From: Oligoflexales bacterium
GTDB lineage: Bacteria > Bdellovibrionota_B > Oligoflexia > Oligoflexales > RGVZ01
Length of the DNA stretch: 51,563 bases
Reading direction: 5' to 3'
Assembly: GCA_947476525.1 (NCBI GenBank)
Contig: CANJQY010000003.1
Span: 1-51,563, forward strand
How positions within the stretch are numbered: position 1 is the stretch's first letter; each line of letters starts with the position of its first letter. The position numbers and the translations under genes are program-made. Positions 39,943-49,747 of this stretch are shown here, one piece after another. The notes beneath the pieces are model-generated. The model did not search any database and was not told the origin of the DNA. It worked only from the letters and a program-made list of their open reading frames with translations.

Positions 39943-40011
39943 TTGAAAATTACCGACCGAGGGCTAGTTGACGGTTCCAAATTTGAGATAGTCACGGTAG
40001 AATTGGTGTAA
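39943..40011 (+). repeat. ade 3'-end direct repeat, copy 2
   Basis: 67/69 identical to 37247-37315, ending exactly at the TAA. Confidence 0.95.
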
Positions 40012-40054
40012 CTTAAAATCTCGGCCGCCTCTAAAGTTCATCAGGAGTTTAAAT

Positions 40055-40624
40055 ATGAAAGTAATGATCGACGAAATTCGTTCTGTATTAAAAACTGGCG
40101 AAGTTGACGCGACTCAAGTTCGGCTGATTCAAGAGGTGGTCATGGATGCCATGGAGACCATGGTAGAGCGAGTCTCTGGTCGTGATTTTGAGGCGGGTCG
40201 TTACCTATTATATAAAGACCAGGATTTTGGGTTCGTCGTAATGATGCTAGTCTGGGCACCGGGGCAGCAGACTCCCATCCACGGCCACGGGACGTGGGGG
40301 GTCGAAGCGGTGATCAAGAATCGGGTCCGGGTAACTAACTATTGTTGTGAAACGTTAGAAGCGAAAGAATTAGGATCGGTCGTACTGCCTCCGGGTTCCG
40401 TGGCCTACGTGTTGCCACCTGATGCAGATATTCATAAAGTTGAGCACTTTGGAGGTCCACAAGCGATCACCATTCACGTTTATGGAAAAGAACTGCTTGA
40501 GAATTTAGTGTTCGTTCGTGGGGTGGGTTTAAAGGGAATGCCATGCTCGGTCAAAAATTTGCCCGCAGAGCTAGACTGGTTTTATGACTTGAAGTGGAGT
40601 TCAAGCGAAATGCCAACAGCCTAA
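40055..40624 (+). CDS. Cysteine dioxygenase-like cupin
   Basis: WAPGQQTPIHGHGTWG...DIHKV...ITIHVYG. Confidence 0.88.
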   Translation: MKVMIDEIRSVLKTGEVDATQVRLIQEVVMDAMETMVERVSGRDFEAGRYLLYKDQDFGFVVMMLVWAPGQQTPIHGHGTWGVEAVIKNRVRVTNYCCETLEAKELGSVVLPPGSVAYVLPPDADIHKVEHFGGPQAITIHVYGKELLENLVFVRGVGLKGMPCSVKNLPAELDWFYDLKWSSSEMPTA

Positions 40625-40690
40625 CCAAGAGTCAATTGGTAGCATCTTGCCGCGACGAACAACGCGGAGTTCGGCCTTTTTCAGCAGAAT

Positions 40691-41575
40691 CTAATTATGG
40701 TCATTTTCAGCGTCTTGGACGATATGTGTCAGGCGTCTATAAAAGCGTTCCCATGTTTTAGGATCTTTCAAGATTGCACGATGAGCGGTGAGCCACGCCA
40801 CGTATGATGGGCTAGTAAATTCAAAATTTCCGGTGGCATGCCTCACTGGTCCAGAGGACAGGTAAGGCATTGACGTTTCATAAAAATTGTTCCAATGAAA
40901 ATTTGCGGCCTCAGCGATCGTTTGTTCAATGCTTTCTAAGTCTTTTGGGGCTCCATGGCAGGAGGTGTAGTCGCCAAACCAGCCAAATGTAGCTGATAGC
41001 ACGTGCCAAGGAAATTTTGAGCTTGGGCAATCGACGTAACTAACGGGGTCAATCGTCAGTAAGTCCTTCAGTTTCATTTGTGGATTTAGCGCAACTTGAT
41101 AAGCCGTGCGCATGGCGAGCCATGCGCCGTGGGAATGGCCTGCAATGACAATATTCATTTGTGGGGTAGAGGGCGCATCATCGGGGTTTTGTGCGATGAG
41201 TTCTTGTACATCGTGACGCAGTTTGAGGCTGATGGCTAATGGTGCTGATTGTGCTTCCAGGAGTTCTGGGGCCGACCAAGGTCCAGATGGCGTGCGTGTG
41301 TATAGATAGAAACGTTCGGTAAGATCCGCTGGGTGTTGCGCAAACCCAGCGTCAAAACAACCGTAATATAATTTTGCATCGGGATGATCTTTAGCTATTT
41401 TCATGAAATAACTGACGGGCGCCAAATTAGAGACCGTGCATGATAGAAAACCTTGGAGGTAAATAAAGCGCAGTGGTCTGTCGGACGCGAACGCAGGGTC
41501 ACACAACATCCCAACGCAGAGTGCCGCGGGTCCCAGTGCTATTTTAAAAGGCAAATGGCTGAATAATTTACGCAT
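40691..41575 (-). CDS. Secreted alpha/beta hydrolase-fold protein
   Basis: Signal peptide, IAGHSHGAW nucleophile elbow, LTIDPV. Confidence 0.75.
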   Translation of the reverse strand: MRKLFSHLPFKIALGPAALCVGMLCDPAFASDRPLRFIYLQGFLSCTVSNLAPVSYFMKIAKDHPDAKLYYGCFDAGFAQHPADLTERFYLYTRTPSGPWSAPELLEAQSAPLAISLKLRHDVQELIAQNPDDAPSTPQMNIVIAGHSHGAWLAMRTAYQVALNPQMKLKDLLTIDPVSYVDCPSSKFPWHVLSATFGWFGDYTSCHGAPKDLESIEQTIAEAANFHWNNFYETSMPYLSSGPVRHATGNFEFTSPSYVAWLTAHRAILKDPKTWERFYRRLTHIVQDAENDHN

Positions 41576-41725
41576 AGTAGTTATATTAATGCCAGAAGTT
41601 TTGGCATGATGCAAACAAAATAGCACATAGGGTCTGTCGGCGCCTTCGGCCAGGAATGAGGTTCTGGGAGTTAAATCTAATAACAGTATTGAAATTGTCA
41701 GGACAACACGGTACTGAATGAGATT

Positions 41726-42700
41726 ATGGTTAAAATAGACAGAAAAAAATTCGATAGAATCAATATTGAGATTATAAACACCTGTAATCTCAAGTGTTCT
41801 TTTTGCCCGACACCCGAACGCCCGACAGCCAAAATGTCGGTCGAGCAGTTTTCTAGTCTTGCGGCGACCATTGCCCCGATGACCAATGAGGTCGTACTGC
41901 ATCTTTTAGGCGAGCCCTTGTCGCATCCAGAACTCGGGGGTATTTTGGCAGCGGCCCATAAAAATGCACTTCCCATCAATATTGTGACCAATGGTTTATT
42001 GTTGACAGGGGAGCGTGTGGACTTGGTTTTGAATTCAAATGTTCGTCAAGTGAGCATTTCGTTGCAAAGTTTTTCCGACAACTTTCCAAATCAAGATCCT
42101 ACCAACTATGTTCACCGTGTGAAATCTTTCGTGGACCGTGCCCTTGCGCACAGGCCTGATATGTATATTAATCTGCGTTTTTGGGATCTTGAAGGGACCA
42201 CACCAGATCAAACTAACCATAACCAAGATATGCGTCAGATTATTTCAGAGGAGTTTAAGTTTTCTTGGGACGACATCAAGGTCGACGTGCGCCGTCGGAA
42301 AAATCACCGATTAACGGGGCGCCTGTACCTGCATTTTGACTCAAGATTTCTTTGGCCAAGCCGTGATAATGAGGTGCAACAGGAATCAGGTTTTTGTCAC
42401 GGGTTAACCGGCCATTTTGGAATTCATGCAGACGGAACTTTAGTGCCGTGTTGTTTAGATCACAAAGCCGATATTCCTTTAGGCAATGTTTTCACACACT
42501 CCGTCGAGGAAATCTTAAACTCACCGCGAGCTACCGCTATGCGCAAAGGATTCGAAAAAAATGGACAATTGGCTGAAGATCTTTGCAGGCGATGCGGGTT
42601 CATTACCCGTTTTAAATCAGCGCGGCCGCAACCTTCTAAAATAAGTGTTCCCTCCTCCCGCAAAGGAAATTTCGATGCCTCGCATCCTATCTCGTCTTGA
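41726..42700 (+). CDS. Radical SAM / SPASM (twitch) domain protein
   Basis: CNLKCSFC, GEP, TNG, C...GT.VPCCLD...LGN...CRRC. Confidence 0.93.
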   Translation: MVKIDRKKFDRINIEIINTCNLKCSFCPTPERPTAKMSVEQFSSLAATIAPMTNEVVLHLLGEPLSHPELGGILAAAHKNALPINIVTNGLLLTGERVDLVLNSNVRQVSISLQSFSDNFPNQDPTNYVHRVKSFVDRALAHRPDMYINLRFWDLEGTTPDQTNHNQDMRQIISEEFKFSWDDIKVDVRRRKNHRLTGRLYLHFDSRFLWPSRDNEVQQESGFCHGLTGHFGIHADGTLVPCCLDHKADIPLGNVFTHSVEEILNSPRATAMRKGFEKNGQLAEDLCRRCGFITRFKSARPQPSKISVPSSRKGNFDASHPISS

Positions 42701-43286
42701 ATTTGTCGACATGCCGTGGAAAAATGGACGCGGTCACACGTCCGAAATATTTAGGATTGACGCCAACGGCCGGATGGTGTTTCGCATATCGTCGGCCGAG
42801 GTGAGTGCATCTGGAGAATTCAGTGATTTTTCTGACTATGATCGAAGCTTAGTCAATATTGGCGCTGGTGAAATGTTTTTAACACACGGCGAGACAAGCG
42901 TGAGCAGTCATGGAGAGCCGCTCTTGCCCTTAGGTGTAGCACACTTTGATGGTGGAATTAGGACTCATTGCCGCGTCAGTGAGGCCACACGAGATCTCAA
43001 TATTTTTTGCGACAGAAATACCTATTTTGCATCGACGGTAGTTCGTACATTAATAACACCTGAATTTTTGCCTGTGCCAGCTTTGTCGAATACTTTTATT
43101 TTTGTCGTAACTGGCTCATTAGTGGTGCAAAATATTGATAAAATTCAATTTTTTGTCCAACAAGGTGACGCAGTGCTGCACGAGTCTCAACCTACGTTGC
43201 AGCAGGATCGTTGGATGCTGGCGAGTGCATCGAATTTTCCGTGTGTGGTTGTAACCGTAGTTTTTAGGAACGCAGCCAGCGACTAG
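42675..43286 (+). CDS. hutD: HutD/Ves family protein
   Basis: MPWKNGRGHTSEI...RISSAEV...FS.F..YDR...DLN. Confidence 0.88.
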   Translation: MPRILSRLEFVDMPWKNGRGHTSEIFRIDANGRMVFRISSAEVSASGEFSDFSDYDRSLVNIGAGEMFLTHGETSVSSHGEPLLPLGVAHFDGGIRTHCRVSEATRDLNIFCDRNTYFASTVVRTLITPEFLPVPALSNTFIFVVTGSLVVQNIDKIQFFVQQGDAVLHESQPTLQQDRWMLASASNFPCVVVTVVFRNAASD

Positions 43287-43336
43287 CTAGGTATCGACGC
43301 TTTCATTATAAGTATAGGTGGTGATTTGACGGTGGG

Positions 43337-43813
43337 TTAGCGATCCACAAAGGCAAAATAATCTTCTTCTACTTCTTGAAAGCTCGTAATTTTCCGACAT
43401 TTACTGCAAGCCACCTCACTCACACCATCTTGAGCAGCTAGCGGTAGATTTTTGCCTTTGACAAAGAGATACATCTGCTCATGCTCGCAGTGTGCGCAAA
43501 CGTACCGAGCGTACACAGAAACTATTTCAGCGGTGTTTGTAAATCGTGGAATCATATTAATTTGTTGGATTATATCTGGGGTGCACTTTTCATATCGAAC
43601 TTGCCTGGAGGCACACAATGCACCAATAAAATTAATCCAGTGTAGGACACCACATGAATTTATTTTATCCACGTTGCCGAAATTGATAATGACGTTCTGG
43701 CCAAGTGATTTAAGATAGGGTGTCAGAATTTCCTCTGAATTTTCATCGATATTTCCAGTGTACGAGAAAGTTTCCCATTCTCCATCCACGGTGATCTCGG
43801 TAAAACCCTGCAT
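43337..43813 (-). CDS. STAS-like protein with C-terminal Zn-ribbon
   Basis: G.IDE...V..INSCGV..W STAS-like core; CAHC...CSKC; ends EEDYFAF. Confidence 0.7.
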   Translation of the reverse strand: MQGFTEITVDGEWETFSYTGNIDENSEEILTPYLKSLGQNVIINFGNVDKINSCGVLHWINFIGALCASRQVRYEKCTPDIIQQINMIPRFTNTAEIVSVYARYVCAHCEHEQMYLFVKGKNLPLAAQDGVSEVACSKCRKITSFQEVEEDYFAFVDR

Positions 43814-43859
43814 AATTCCCTCTTGTAGCTTATAGACTGAGGTTCAGCTTGCAAAAAAG

Positions 43860-43933
43860 CGATCCCAGGTGGACTCGAACCACCGACTTCCTGATTAGAA
43901 ATCAGGTGCTCTATCCAGCTGAGCTATGAGATC
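43860..43933 (-). tRNA. tRNA-Arg(UCU), CCA not encoded
   Basis: GATCTCATAGCTCAGCTGGATAGAGCA-CCTGA-TTTCTAA-TCAGG-AAGTCGGTGGTTCGAGTCCACCTGGGATCG folds as a cloverleaf with anticodon TCT. Confidence 0.96.
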
Positions 43934-44099
43934 TCTTTGCAATACCTCTCAGGTCTTGAGAGGCGATAGGCTATCACTTCCAGTTTGTAAAATAAATACA
44001 AACCGCAAATAAAGGCATTTTGCCGACAAAAAAAACATTGTATTGGACGGCGTCTCAATTTGTAAGCAATTCAGCGAAGTTTTTGGCTGATGCCGACTT

Positions 44100-44621
44100 T
44101 TAACAAAAAGTTATGGTTTGAGTGAGGAGGGATGTCAGGAGTAGTCGGTCTGCATCTGGGGCAAGGTTAAGCAGCCGGCGGTAGCGTCGTGCAAGTGCGA
44201 GCTCCACTCGCTGGGCACTGGCTCCCAGGACGGGTTCCTGAACGACAGGTGGCATGAAGCGCGAAACTTTGGCAGCCATAGTGCTAGTAAGAGCAGTGAT
44301 CTCCGAGGGGTCGCTATCCGGAAGCCCCCTTTGGGCAAAAATGAGGCCGATTAATTGGCGAAGTGCCGAGTAATGGCAATCAGTCCGGTTAAGTGCCGAG
44401 GTCCCAGAACGGTGCAGGGACGCCGACGTTCTTTGCTTTGCCGCATAAAGTGCTACGGCCACGTGTTCCAACTGAAGGGCTGAATTGAGTGCATTAATAT
44501 AAGGGGTGTTTTTGTATGTAAACGAGGCTGCAATAGGAGATCTGCCAAAAGCGCCTGCTGCCGAAAGGGAGGGTAAGCTTCCTGGATATGTGGCCTGGCT
44601 GTATGCACTAGGAATTCGCAT
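44100..44621 (-). CDS. Hypothetical protein, possibly ferritin-like helical fold
   Basis: LNSALQLEHVAVALY...H...L...VELAL.RRY pattern. Confidence 0.55.
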   Translation of the reverse strand: MRIPSAYSQATYPGSLPSLSAAGAFGRSPIAASFTYKNTPYINALNSALQLEHVAVALYAAKQRTSASLHRSGTSALNRTDCHYSALRQLIGLIFAQRGLPDSDPSEITALTSTMAAKVSRFMPPVVQEPVLGASAQRVELALARRYRRLLNLAPDADRLLLTSLLTQTITFC

Positions 44622-44744
44622 CTTGGAACGTCCTTGATTATAAAATAGGCAGTCCATTGACTCTAAGGCATCTGGGTCATTATATCAAGGTTTATGTTTT
44701 CTTAGTAGTGAAATATATGGCAGTCCGTCAATCCTGATGACCAC

Positions 44745-45713
44745 TTAGAACCTATAGCCGAGGCCGACCCCTAGGACCGGAAGCATTTTATTGGTGTATT
44801 TTAACAGTTCTGCCTTGGTCTTAGCTTTCACGTCTTCCTCACTTTTGCCCCGCAATTCAGCAAGAGCTCCGGAAAGCTCCTCCGCATTTCCTTGTGAGTC
44901 GACTAATTCGGCCACAATTTTTGTGTTTTCTTTGGTCCGAAACGGGGCAAATATTCCAGCTTCAGCCAATACAGTCCAAGCCGGCGTGATGGGTAGAAGC
45001 CAGCCTGTCGCGGCACGTGCCGTATAGCTAAGGAGTTTTACGTCGGCCTTAAGAGAGAGTTGGGTCCTCGTCGTAATGGCTGCGGAGTCGTCGCCGCAGG
45101 GTGGCTCTTTGGCTGCTTCTGCGAGACTACAAATTCTAATAGGCGAGACCGCTTGGCCCTGAATTCGAATGGACCGAACCCCGAGCCCTGCTGACGAATA
45201 CCAAGTTCCACCAAAGGGATGCCAGACAGCCCCTGTATAAAAATGCGGGCCCCAATCAATTTTAAATTTAATATCGAAGGCAGGGTAGGCGACAGCTATG
45301 CCTTTTTGGGCGTCAGCCTTGATCAGGTCACTCGGCATAGAAATATCTACCTCAACCGGCATCGGTGCACTGAGACCAGCTGTAAACGCTAAATAGGGAG
45401 AAACGGCATATCGATAATCTATTCGCGCAAGCTCGGGTATGGAGGCTAAAACTCCCCAAGTATGGCGACGAGTTTTCGATGGGGCCGAGGAAAACTGGGC
45501 CTCGTCCTCACTAGGAGCACGTAGCTTTGCGGCTCGTTTGCTGTGGAGTTTCTCAACGGAGGCTGCACCACCAGCGGTCCAGCTGGGTGGAAGTGCTTCT
45601 AGTGACTTATCTGTGGGGTCGGCCGCTGCCATAGCGATGGCTGATCCTACTATGGCAATCGTTGCAATCACAGTAATCGTAGTAACCGAAAAAAGGGAAA
45701 AAATGGAACGCAT
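44745..45713 (-). CDS. Hypothetical outer-membrane beta-barrel protein
   Basis: Signal peptide; ends PVLGVGLGYRF. Confidence 0.75.
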   Translation of the reverse strand: MRSIFSLFSVTTITVIATIAIVGSAIAMAAADPTDKSLEALPPSWTAGGAASVEKLHSKRAAKLRAPSEDEAQFSSAPSKTRRHTWGVLASIPELARIDYRYAVSPYLAFTAGLSAPMPVEVDISMPSDLIKADAQKGIAVAYPAFDIKFKIDWGPHFYTGAVWHPFGGTWYSSAGLGVRSIRIQGQAVSPIRICSLAEAAKEPPCGDDSAAITTRTQLSLKADVKLLSYTARAATGWLLPITPAWTVLAEAGIFAPFRTKENTKIVAELVDSQGNAEELSGALAELRGKSEEDVKAKTKAELLKYTNKMLPVLGVGLGYRF

Positions 45714-45986
45714 AAATGGACTCTAGTCAGCGGTTAAAGTTAACCTGCGATGAAAGTGAATAAGTATCCAATATTGCTATGATTGTAAATGAATTTTAAT
45801 TTTATATCAAGAGCGTTTGGCTAAAAAAATAGAGACCCAAATGGGGAGGCCGCGAGGTCCTTTCGCACGTGTTGCGCGTCAATTAATTTTGCAATGGTGG
45901 CGTATTTGAGGTATGATCGACGGTTCATTGACAAATAAGTCGATATAGTAGTATAAATTATAATTTGATTCTTGTGCGAGGTTTAC

Positions 45987-46220
45987 ATGCGTATCGAAGA
46001 TCCTACAGGCGAAAAAAATTTTCTTCATGATATTAGCAACGTGATTGCCATTGTGCAAGGTACCGTTCAGATGTTGATTCGCAAAATTCAAAAAAATCCA
46101 GACGAAGCAAAAATGGAAGACATTGTTGCGAAGTTAGAGGCAACGACAAAATCGATCACGCGTTTGATTGATTTGTTGAATGCAAGACGCGACGTTCACC
46201 GGGCTTCGGAAGCCAAATAA
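45987..46220 (+). CDS. Small stand-alone HisKA-like helical protein
   Basis: FLHDISNVIAIVQG H-box; no ATPase domain. Confidence 0.65.
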   Translation: MRIEDPTGEKNFLHDISNVIAIVQGTVQMLIRKIQKNPDEAKMEDIVAKLEATTKSITRLIDLLNARRDVHRASEAK

Positions 46221-46316
46221 ACCAAAAAAAGCTCTAAAATCATTGGCTTAGGGTGGTTGAATTTAAAAGATTTTACATCGCAAAGTATCTTTAATTGTAA
46301 TTTGGATTCTTATTTT

Positions 46317-47246
46317 ATGTCAGTGATTATTTCTGATCGACAAAACGAGAGGCTTAATGATCGGCTGTCAAGGCTGGTGCCTAAGACTTCTGAAAAATCG
46401 GCATCGATCGTTTGTGGAATTTCGACAGATTGCCCGACGTGCAAGAACCATAAAGGGGTGCTTTTAGAGGCGGGTCCTTCCACGGTAAAGGCCTCTCTTT
46501 GTGCATGCGTCAAAAACTGTGGAATGTGCTCTGCAAGCTGTCTTAAGCCTGTAGGAAATAGCGTGACTCCTTGTGCCACGCCCAGTCCTCGCAAAATAAT
46601 TGGGCTAATCAATGAAGCACATATTCCGTCACGATACCTAGATGCAGATCTCGAAAAATTCGACGCGTTTAGCCCGACCGATCGTTCGCAAAACATGGCC
46701 TTGCAAAATTGGATTCGCGGGATTGAACCAGGTAAAAGTTCTGGACTTCTTTTGAGTGGCCCGGTGGGAATGGGGAAAAGCTGGTTTCTTGCTGCAGTCG
46801 CTAAGAAATTGGCATTTAAAGGTATTAGTGTGCGTTATACCGACTTCTTTCAGTTGGTGCACGAGCTAAGGGAAGCTTACGCAAATGATCTTTCCGACAA
46901 GGCGAGCTTACGGCCTCTTCAAAACGTCGACGTTCTTATTATTGATGAGCTTGGAAAAGGGCGTAATTCTGAGTGGGAACTTAGCGTCGCGGATAGTCTG
47001 ATCAGCGAGCGGTATAATGGCAATAAGTGCATCATCGCCGCTACCAACTATCCTTTGACGGGTTCTACGGATGATCACGCAAAACGCGAGATTGACTATT
47101 TAAGATCCGACAAACCGAGCACCAATCAAATGAACACGACATTGTTTGAGCCCCTCAGTCAAAGGATTGGAGCACGAATGTTTTCGCGGTTGTCAGAAAA
47201 TTGTATTTGCATGCCTGTTGTGGGTGTTGATCGCCGTCGCAGGTAA
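46317..47246 (+). CDS. DnaC/IstB-like AAA+ ATPase with Cys-rich N-terminus
   Basis: IPSRY, GPVGMGKS, LIIDELGKG, I.ERYN, ATNY, IGARMFSRL. Confidence 0.88.
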   Translation: MSVIISDRQNERLNDRLSRLVPKTSEKSASIVCGISTDCPTCKNHKGVLLEAGPSTVKASLCACVKNCGMCSASCLKPVGNSVTPCATPSPRKIIGLINEAHIPSRYLDADLEKFDAFSPTDRSQNMALQNWIRGIEPGKSSGLLLSGPVGMGKSWFLAAVAKKLAFKGISVRYTDFFQLVHELREAYANDLSDKASLRPLQNVDVLIIDELGKGRNSEWELSVADSLISERYNGNKCIIAATNYPLTGSTDDHAKREIDYLRSDKPSTNQMNTTLFEPLSQRIGARMFSRLSENCICMPVVGVDRRRR

Positions 47247-47250
47247 ATCC

Positions 47251-48162
47251 ATGCTCAATCAAACTGTCCAATTGTGTCGAATCCCATTTCTAAAAAAGTG
47301 GTCGCCAGAAAGTCATTTTTTTGGATTGATCGCTTCAGACAAAGGCTTGACTCTCAACCCCACGTTATTTGCTTGCTGTGGTGGTGACGGTGTGATGGTT
47401 GATCCTCAGAATCCTCGGGATGCCGCTTTGTGCGGTTTAAAACGGCGCTGGAATTTGCTTTTTAAGGTCGTGGATGCGTGGACCGACATGCGCGTTCAAC
47501 GAAATGAAACAGGCCGAGATGAGCATTTTAAGCCGTTGTGGTCGCAGAATCCTGCGGCGGCCAGCCGAAGGGTTAAGGTCCTTGACAATTTGTTTAAGAG
47601 GCATCTGGATAGTTTTTTACGCTCCTCAAAAGGAGCTGTATTGAAGGTCGCTGACGAAGGGTCTTTTGCGTCATCGGAAGATCGGTTGCCGTGGCTAGTG
47701 GCGGCGACGATGGCTTGGCATTTTGAGGCTTTAATATTGGTGGCTCGGATTGGAGTGTCACCGCTTCCATTTTTACAATGGGGTGAGATGCTGGGCAAAC
47801 ATCCGAACGTGCGGTGCATCGTGATGGTCGAAGGAGTTTCTGAGCTTTGGTCGCCCAATCGTCTTGAATCCTTGGAGGCTATCATCTCGTTTGCATCGGA
47901 ACGGCTCCTGCCGATTTGGCTGTTTGAGGAGAGCGTGGCGGCCCCAGGTGCCGTTGCCAAGCAAACAAATTCTTCTCCATCCACTGCTGGAAATCGACCT
48001 AGACCAAGTTTTTTTAAAGCAGTAATGAATAAGAGAATGACTAACATCAGGAGCAAGGCGGCCATTGAGTGGCTTTCTGACCAGGGTCGAAGCCGCTTAA
48101 GTGAAATCTGTGACGTCCCGCTACTGATGACACAAGACTCCACAATTCCAAATCTAGTTTGA
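47251..48162 (+). CDS. Hypothetical protein
   Basis: Long ORF starting 4 nt after the DnaC-like stop; no family recognised. Confidence 0.65.
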   Translation: MLNQTVQLCRIPFLKKWSPESHFFGLIASDKGLTLNPTLFACCGGDGVMVDPQNPRDAALCGLKRRWNLLFKVVDAWTDMRVQRNETGRDEHFKPLWSQNPAAASRRVKVLDNLFKRHLDSFLRSSKGAVLKVADEGSFASSEDRLPWLVAATMAWHFEALILVARIGVSPLPFLQWGEMLGKHPNVRCIVMVEGVSELWSPNRLESLEAIISFASERLLPIWLFEESVAAPGAVAKQTNSSPSTAGNRPRPSFFKAVMNKRMTNIRSKAAIEWLSDQGRSRLSEICDVPLLMTQDSTIPNLV

Positions 48163-48275
48163 TGATTTAGCTAATTAGTCCATAGCGCAAAAACGCCAGG
48201 GACATGTCCTGAGCCGCAGGCGAAGGATCCCGGCGAATCACCACGGGCGTTTTAAAGCTATTTGACCGCATTTCC

Positions 48276-48302
48276 TAAAGTTTAGTCCCATTTAGCCGAT
48301 AT
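48276..48302 (+). promoter_or_regulatory. Sigma-28 (FliA) promoter
   Basis: TAAAGTTT-N11-GCCGATAT, one mismatch from consensus. Confidence 0.8.
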
Positions 48303-48345
48303 CTTAGCAAGCAAAGTGCTTAGACATCACAGGGGGGGGATGCTT

Positions 48346-49083
48346 ATGCGTTATTCAATCCTAACAGGACTAATGTTTACCAGTATTTTTTTTGTTGTTT
48401 CGAGCGAAAGTTTTGGCGTTGATCCGAAGCCAATCGAGAGGAAGATTGATAATTCGGATATTATGGCCCGAGTGCAATTGATTGGCGTCATTGCTGGTGG
48501 GGCTACAAAAACTTCGGGAATCGCCGTCATAAAAGATTCGGTCACTGGACGAACGTACGCCATTAAAACAGGCGATAGTCTTCCTGGTGTGGCTCACATA
48601 AAATTGACCAGTGTTCGGCGAGGAGAGGTGGTGTTTAATAGTTCCGGAAAGCAGTATTTAGTGCGTCTAGTTAACTCTTCGGTAGTAAGCGGCGCAAATG
48701 ACCACGCGAACACATCGGGAGACTCTGGCAAAGATATTGGTACAGGCTTATTTGACCAGTGGAATGAATATAGAAGTTCAACAAGTAATGAGTCTACGCA
48801 TCAAGCTTACGTGAGCCCAACTGTGATTTCGTCACCTGAAAAAGATCTTCCACGAGGTTCAATGGTACAGGGATCGGACTACGTTCCTCAAATTAAAAGT
48901 GAAAATATTGCTAACCATGTACAAGAATATAACGGTTCAAATTATTTAATTAAGCCAATCACAGATAAACTGCATGAGCGCGAATCGTCTCCTCAGCAGA
49001 CCGCAAACGACTGGACGCTTCGCAACGGTACGAACGAAAATAGTGACGCAGCCGTAGATCAAACGAATGACGATGAAGATTAA
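48346..49083 (+). CDS. Exported protein with GspC/PilP-like HR domain and disordered tail
   Basis: Signal peptide; LIGVI......GIAVIKD..TG.TY.IKTGD.L....L..V.R.EV. Confidence 0.6.
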   Translation: MRYSILTGLMFTSIFFVVSSESFGVDPKPIERKIDNSDIMARVQLIGVIAGGATKTSGIAVIKDSVTGRTYAIKTGDSLPGVAHIKLTSVRRGEVVFNSSGKQYLVRLVNSSVVSGANDHANTSGDSGKDIGTGLFDQWNEYRSSTSNESTHQAYVSPTVISSPEKDLPRGSMVQGSDYVPQIKSENIANHVQEYNGSNYLIKPITDKLHERESSPQQTANDWTLRNGTNENSDAAVDQTNDDED

Positions 49084-49157
49084 AATTTAATTAAAATCGC
49101 AGGCCCATTCAACGCAATCCCACAATCGGCATCTACGCTAATGGAGCCTCGTGGAAA

Positions 49158-49664
49158 TTATTCGTGGGGACTATCGTACCAGCCATCTTCTTTTCGGCGA
49201 TCATGAATTAAAGCCCAAGCAGCTCCACAAAAAAGCTTTCCTGCTGCCGTTAAATCTGGATCGTCCATCGTCGCTTCAGCGCGCACAACAATGTTCAGCT
49301 GGTCGCACTCAGAGCTGACTTCCCTTAAGCGAGGTAAGTCAGATTTGGCTTGAGATAACGTGTCGAAAAAAACAACCGCATAGCGGCGATTTTGTGGCTT
49401 TGTCGCCGAAGCAGTTTCAGCGGAGGGCCGCGATACTGTTTTGCGCGGGATTAGCGCACTCTGGAATTGTGCATTTTTATTGGCAGGGCGGTCTACTTGG
49501 GGCTGGCCTTGCTGGTGGGCGCGTTTATCATTGGATGATTGTTGAGCCCCGTGTTGGCGTTTGGGCTGCCGTCCATTTTGACCGGCGCCATTTTGACCGG
49601 CGCCATTTTGACCGGCGCTGCCGCTTTGATTTCTATTTTTTCCGCCTCGTCCACGTCGTGACAT
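49158..49664 (-). CDS. Hypothetical protein with low-complexity R/G/Q/N N-terminus
   Basis: ORF with (GQNGA)n repeats and a globular C-terminus; AAGGA RBS. Confidence 0.7.
   Translation of the reverse strand: MSRRGRGGKNRNQSGSAGQNGAGQNGAGQNGRQPKRQHGAQQSSNDKRAHQQGQPQVDRPANKNAQFQSALIPRKTVSRPSAETASATKPQNRRYAVVFFDTLSQAKSDLPRLREVSSECDQLNIVVRAEATMDDPDLTAAGKLFCGAAWALIHDRRKEDGWYDSPHE
49573..49617 (-). repeat. 15-nt coding repeat x3
   Basis: CCATTTTGACCGGCG x3 on the plus strand. Confidence 0.9.
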
Positions 49665-49672
49665 TATCATTC

Positions 49673-49747
49673 CTTTTGTTTGCAGCCTAAGCCTTTTGTT
49701 TGCAGCTCTTAGCCTTTTGTTTGCAGCTCTTAGCCTTTTGTTAGCAG
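49673..49747. repeat. ~21-bp tandem repeat at the glyQS stop
   Basis: AGCCTTTTGTTTGCAGCTCTT x2 plus two partial or variant copies; the last contains the glyQS stop codon. Confidence 0.88.
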
